Below are positions 56,882 to 64,000 of a DNA stretch of 64,000 nucleotides, one piece after another. Made by a program: the position numbers and the translations under genes. The stretch comes from Euglena gracilis (lineage: Eukaryota): positions 10,311,521 to 10,375,520 of the forward strand of contig CP154954.1 in NCBI GenBank assembly GCA_039621445.1, given 5' to 3'. Below the pieces are notes generated by a model, which saw nothing but the letters and a program-made list of their open reading frames with translations, ran no database searches and was not told the origin of the DNA. How positions within the stretch are numbered: position 1 is the stretch's first letter; each line of letters opens with the position of its first letter.

Positions 56882-57340
56882 TGTGGAGCTAGACGCTGGT
56901 GTCATTCAGGAAAAAAGTTGAAAATTTTGGGTGGATACAACCTTTTTTAACCAGAGATACTCAATTTTGGATAAGAACTGCACATTTCTGCGAAAAAAAA
57001 TCAGAGGCGCACAAGCATTTGGTCACAATTGAAGGCCGTCGGAGGTCATAGAGGCCGTCCAAAAAGTTTTATTCCCCCCAAATATAAAGCCCCACCTGAG
57101 GGTCTTGCAATCCCTTCCAAATATAAAGCTGGTGGGGGCTTAATATGTGGGGGGGAGTTATTTGGTTCACATTGTGCGCAAAATTCAGGTTAATCACCAG
57201 ATTGCACAGACATTTGAGTGTTGGCTGAGGTTGAGTGCAGTCTGCTGGAAGGGGTGTTCACCCAGCACGAAGTATCAAGGTATTTCTGTATCCTAAAACG
57301 ACCCCAGTGGTGGCCCGGCATACATACATACATGTGCATA

Positions 57341-57725
<385 letters not shown>

Positions 57726-57821
57726 CACACACACACACACATACATACATACATATTTGTATGTGTATATATGTAGTATGTATGTGCATATGTATTATAT
57801 ACATATATATTCCCGCCAACA

Positions 57822-57844
57822 TTCCCCCGCCATTCCTCTCGCAG
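57822..57844 (+). promoter_or_regulatory. Candidate trans-splice acceptor of the exonuclease gene
   Basis: Pyrimidine-rich tract plus CAG, 5 nt before ATG 57850. Confidence 0.5.
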
Positions 57845-57849
57845 CCCCA

Positions 57850-62918
<5,069 letters not shown>

Positions 62919-63233
62919 GTGGCCTGGTGTCGCTGGACGGCTGCAAGGATGGTGAAGCTGACTGGGAGTTGGTTCGAAGCTGTCAAATACGAAAATCACG
63001 AGTTGTATAAACAGTGCAAAAAAAGGGATCAAAATAGAGTCAGCAGCCAACCAGCAGCATTTTAAGGCTTTTTTTAAAGGCCAACCAGCAGCATTATTTT
63101 TTCAGAGCTTTAGGTTTTTGAAAGCATGTTTCAGGCTTTTTAAGAGTGTTAAGGATTTTTAAAACGCCTTTTGTCAGCTGTGTTCGTCGTTGAATGCATG
63201 ATTTTCTGCAAATTTTTGTTTGTTGTGCAAGAG

Positions 63234-63234
<1 letters not shown>

Positions 63235-63330
<96 letters not shown>

Positions 63331-63345
63331 TTGTTGTTGTTGTTC
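63235..63345. repeat. (TTG)n microsatellite
   Basis: Seen directly. Confidence 0.98.
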
Positions 63346-64000
63346 TTTGTTGCACAAACATGCCTTTTTTTGGAGAAGGAAGTCTGGTGTTTTATGAAAT
63401 AACGTTGCACAATGGAAGCCTCCCCTGGATGAGATTAAAAATTTTCGAAGTCGTCAATCTGTTCAGTTCAAAAAGAATTTCTCCCAAGATTGATTTTATT
63501 CGTGGTTTTTCGGGTATTTTAAGGGTTTTCAGGGCATTTTGACCAAAAAAAAAGGTTCAAGATTTTTATGGCGTCTAAATCAAACAGTGTTTGCAGCCAA
63601 CCTGAATTTTTACACAAATTGCACGACCCAACCAGACATTTTCTGGCATCAAGGAAGCACAAAATATTCGGGTGATCCGACATCGGATATCCGATGCTGG
63701 ATCACCCCGAATGTCGGATCACCAATACCCGATATCGATCATACGAATGATCAGGTGAATCCGAAGAAGCATTTGGCAACCTGTTCGATGGATGACCACA
63801 GAAAAGCTTTTGGAAATGTTTCCATGATTTGAGTCTCTTATTCAAAGGAACTAGTCTGCATATCATGTGAGAGCCAAAATCATGCTAGATTGTGATGCGC
63901 CATTTCTTCTTGAACCTGTTTTAAGCTCTCCTATTTCCCAAAGCCAGGATTTTTTCACGGGTGGACTCTTCAGTCCAATGTAATTGCTCATTTCCATTTT

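Overview
Eukaryotic, repeat-rich nuclear DNA, most likely from a euglenid such as Euglena. This is inferred from short GC3-rich exons, GTGTG/GCGTG-type donors, an AG acceptor just before each start codon, and hairpin-type non-GT-AG introns. I reconstructed three intron-rich + strand genes by hand: (1) a complete dual-specificity phosphatase, 11 exons, about 309 aa, HCYQGLNRS motif (1811-12726); (2) a signal-peptide, 5-TM Tweety/prominin-like membrane protein (22792 to about 54751, 3' end and one internal junction unresolved); (3) the 5' part of a REXO5/Rex1-like RNA exonuclease (57850-62918, continuing downstream). Introns and intergenic DNA hold microsatellites, a 37-bp hairpin minisatellite and several nested MITE families. 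Main observation: the non-GT-AG introns look like TIR DNA-transposon (MITE) insertions whose removal takes out the element plus one target-site duplication (TSD). The youngest example (11331-12672) still has CAGGGGTTTT...AAAACCACTG ends and an 8-bp TSD, like free MITEs in the same window. The known euglenid CAG(+4..+6)/CTG(-8..-6) rule equals 3+5 = 8 nt, one hAT-type TSD. A 3+4 variant (59778-62840) matches a resident 7-bp-TSD MITE class. All gene models are manual and need transcript confirmation; most of the provided six-frame ORFs are repeat artefacts.
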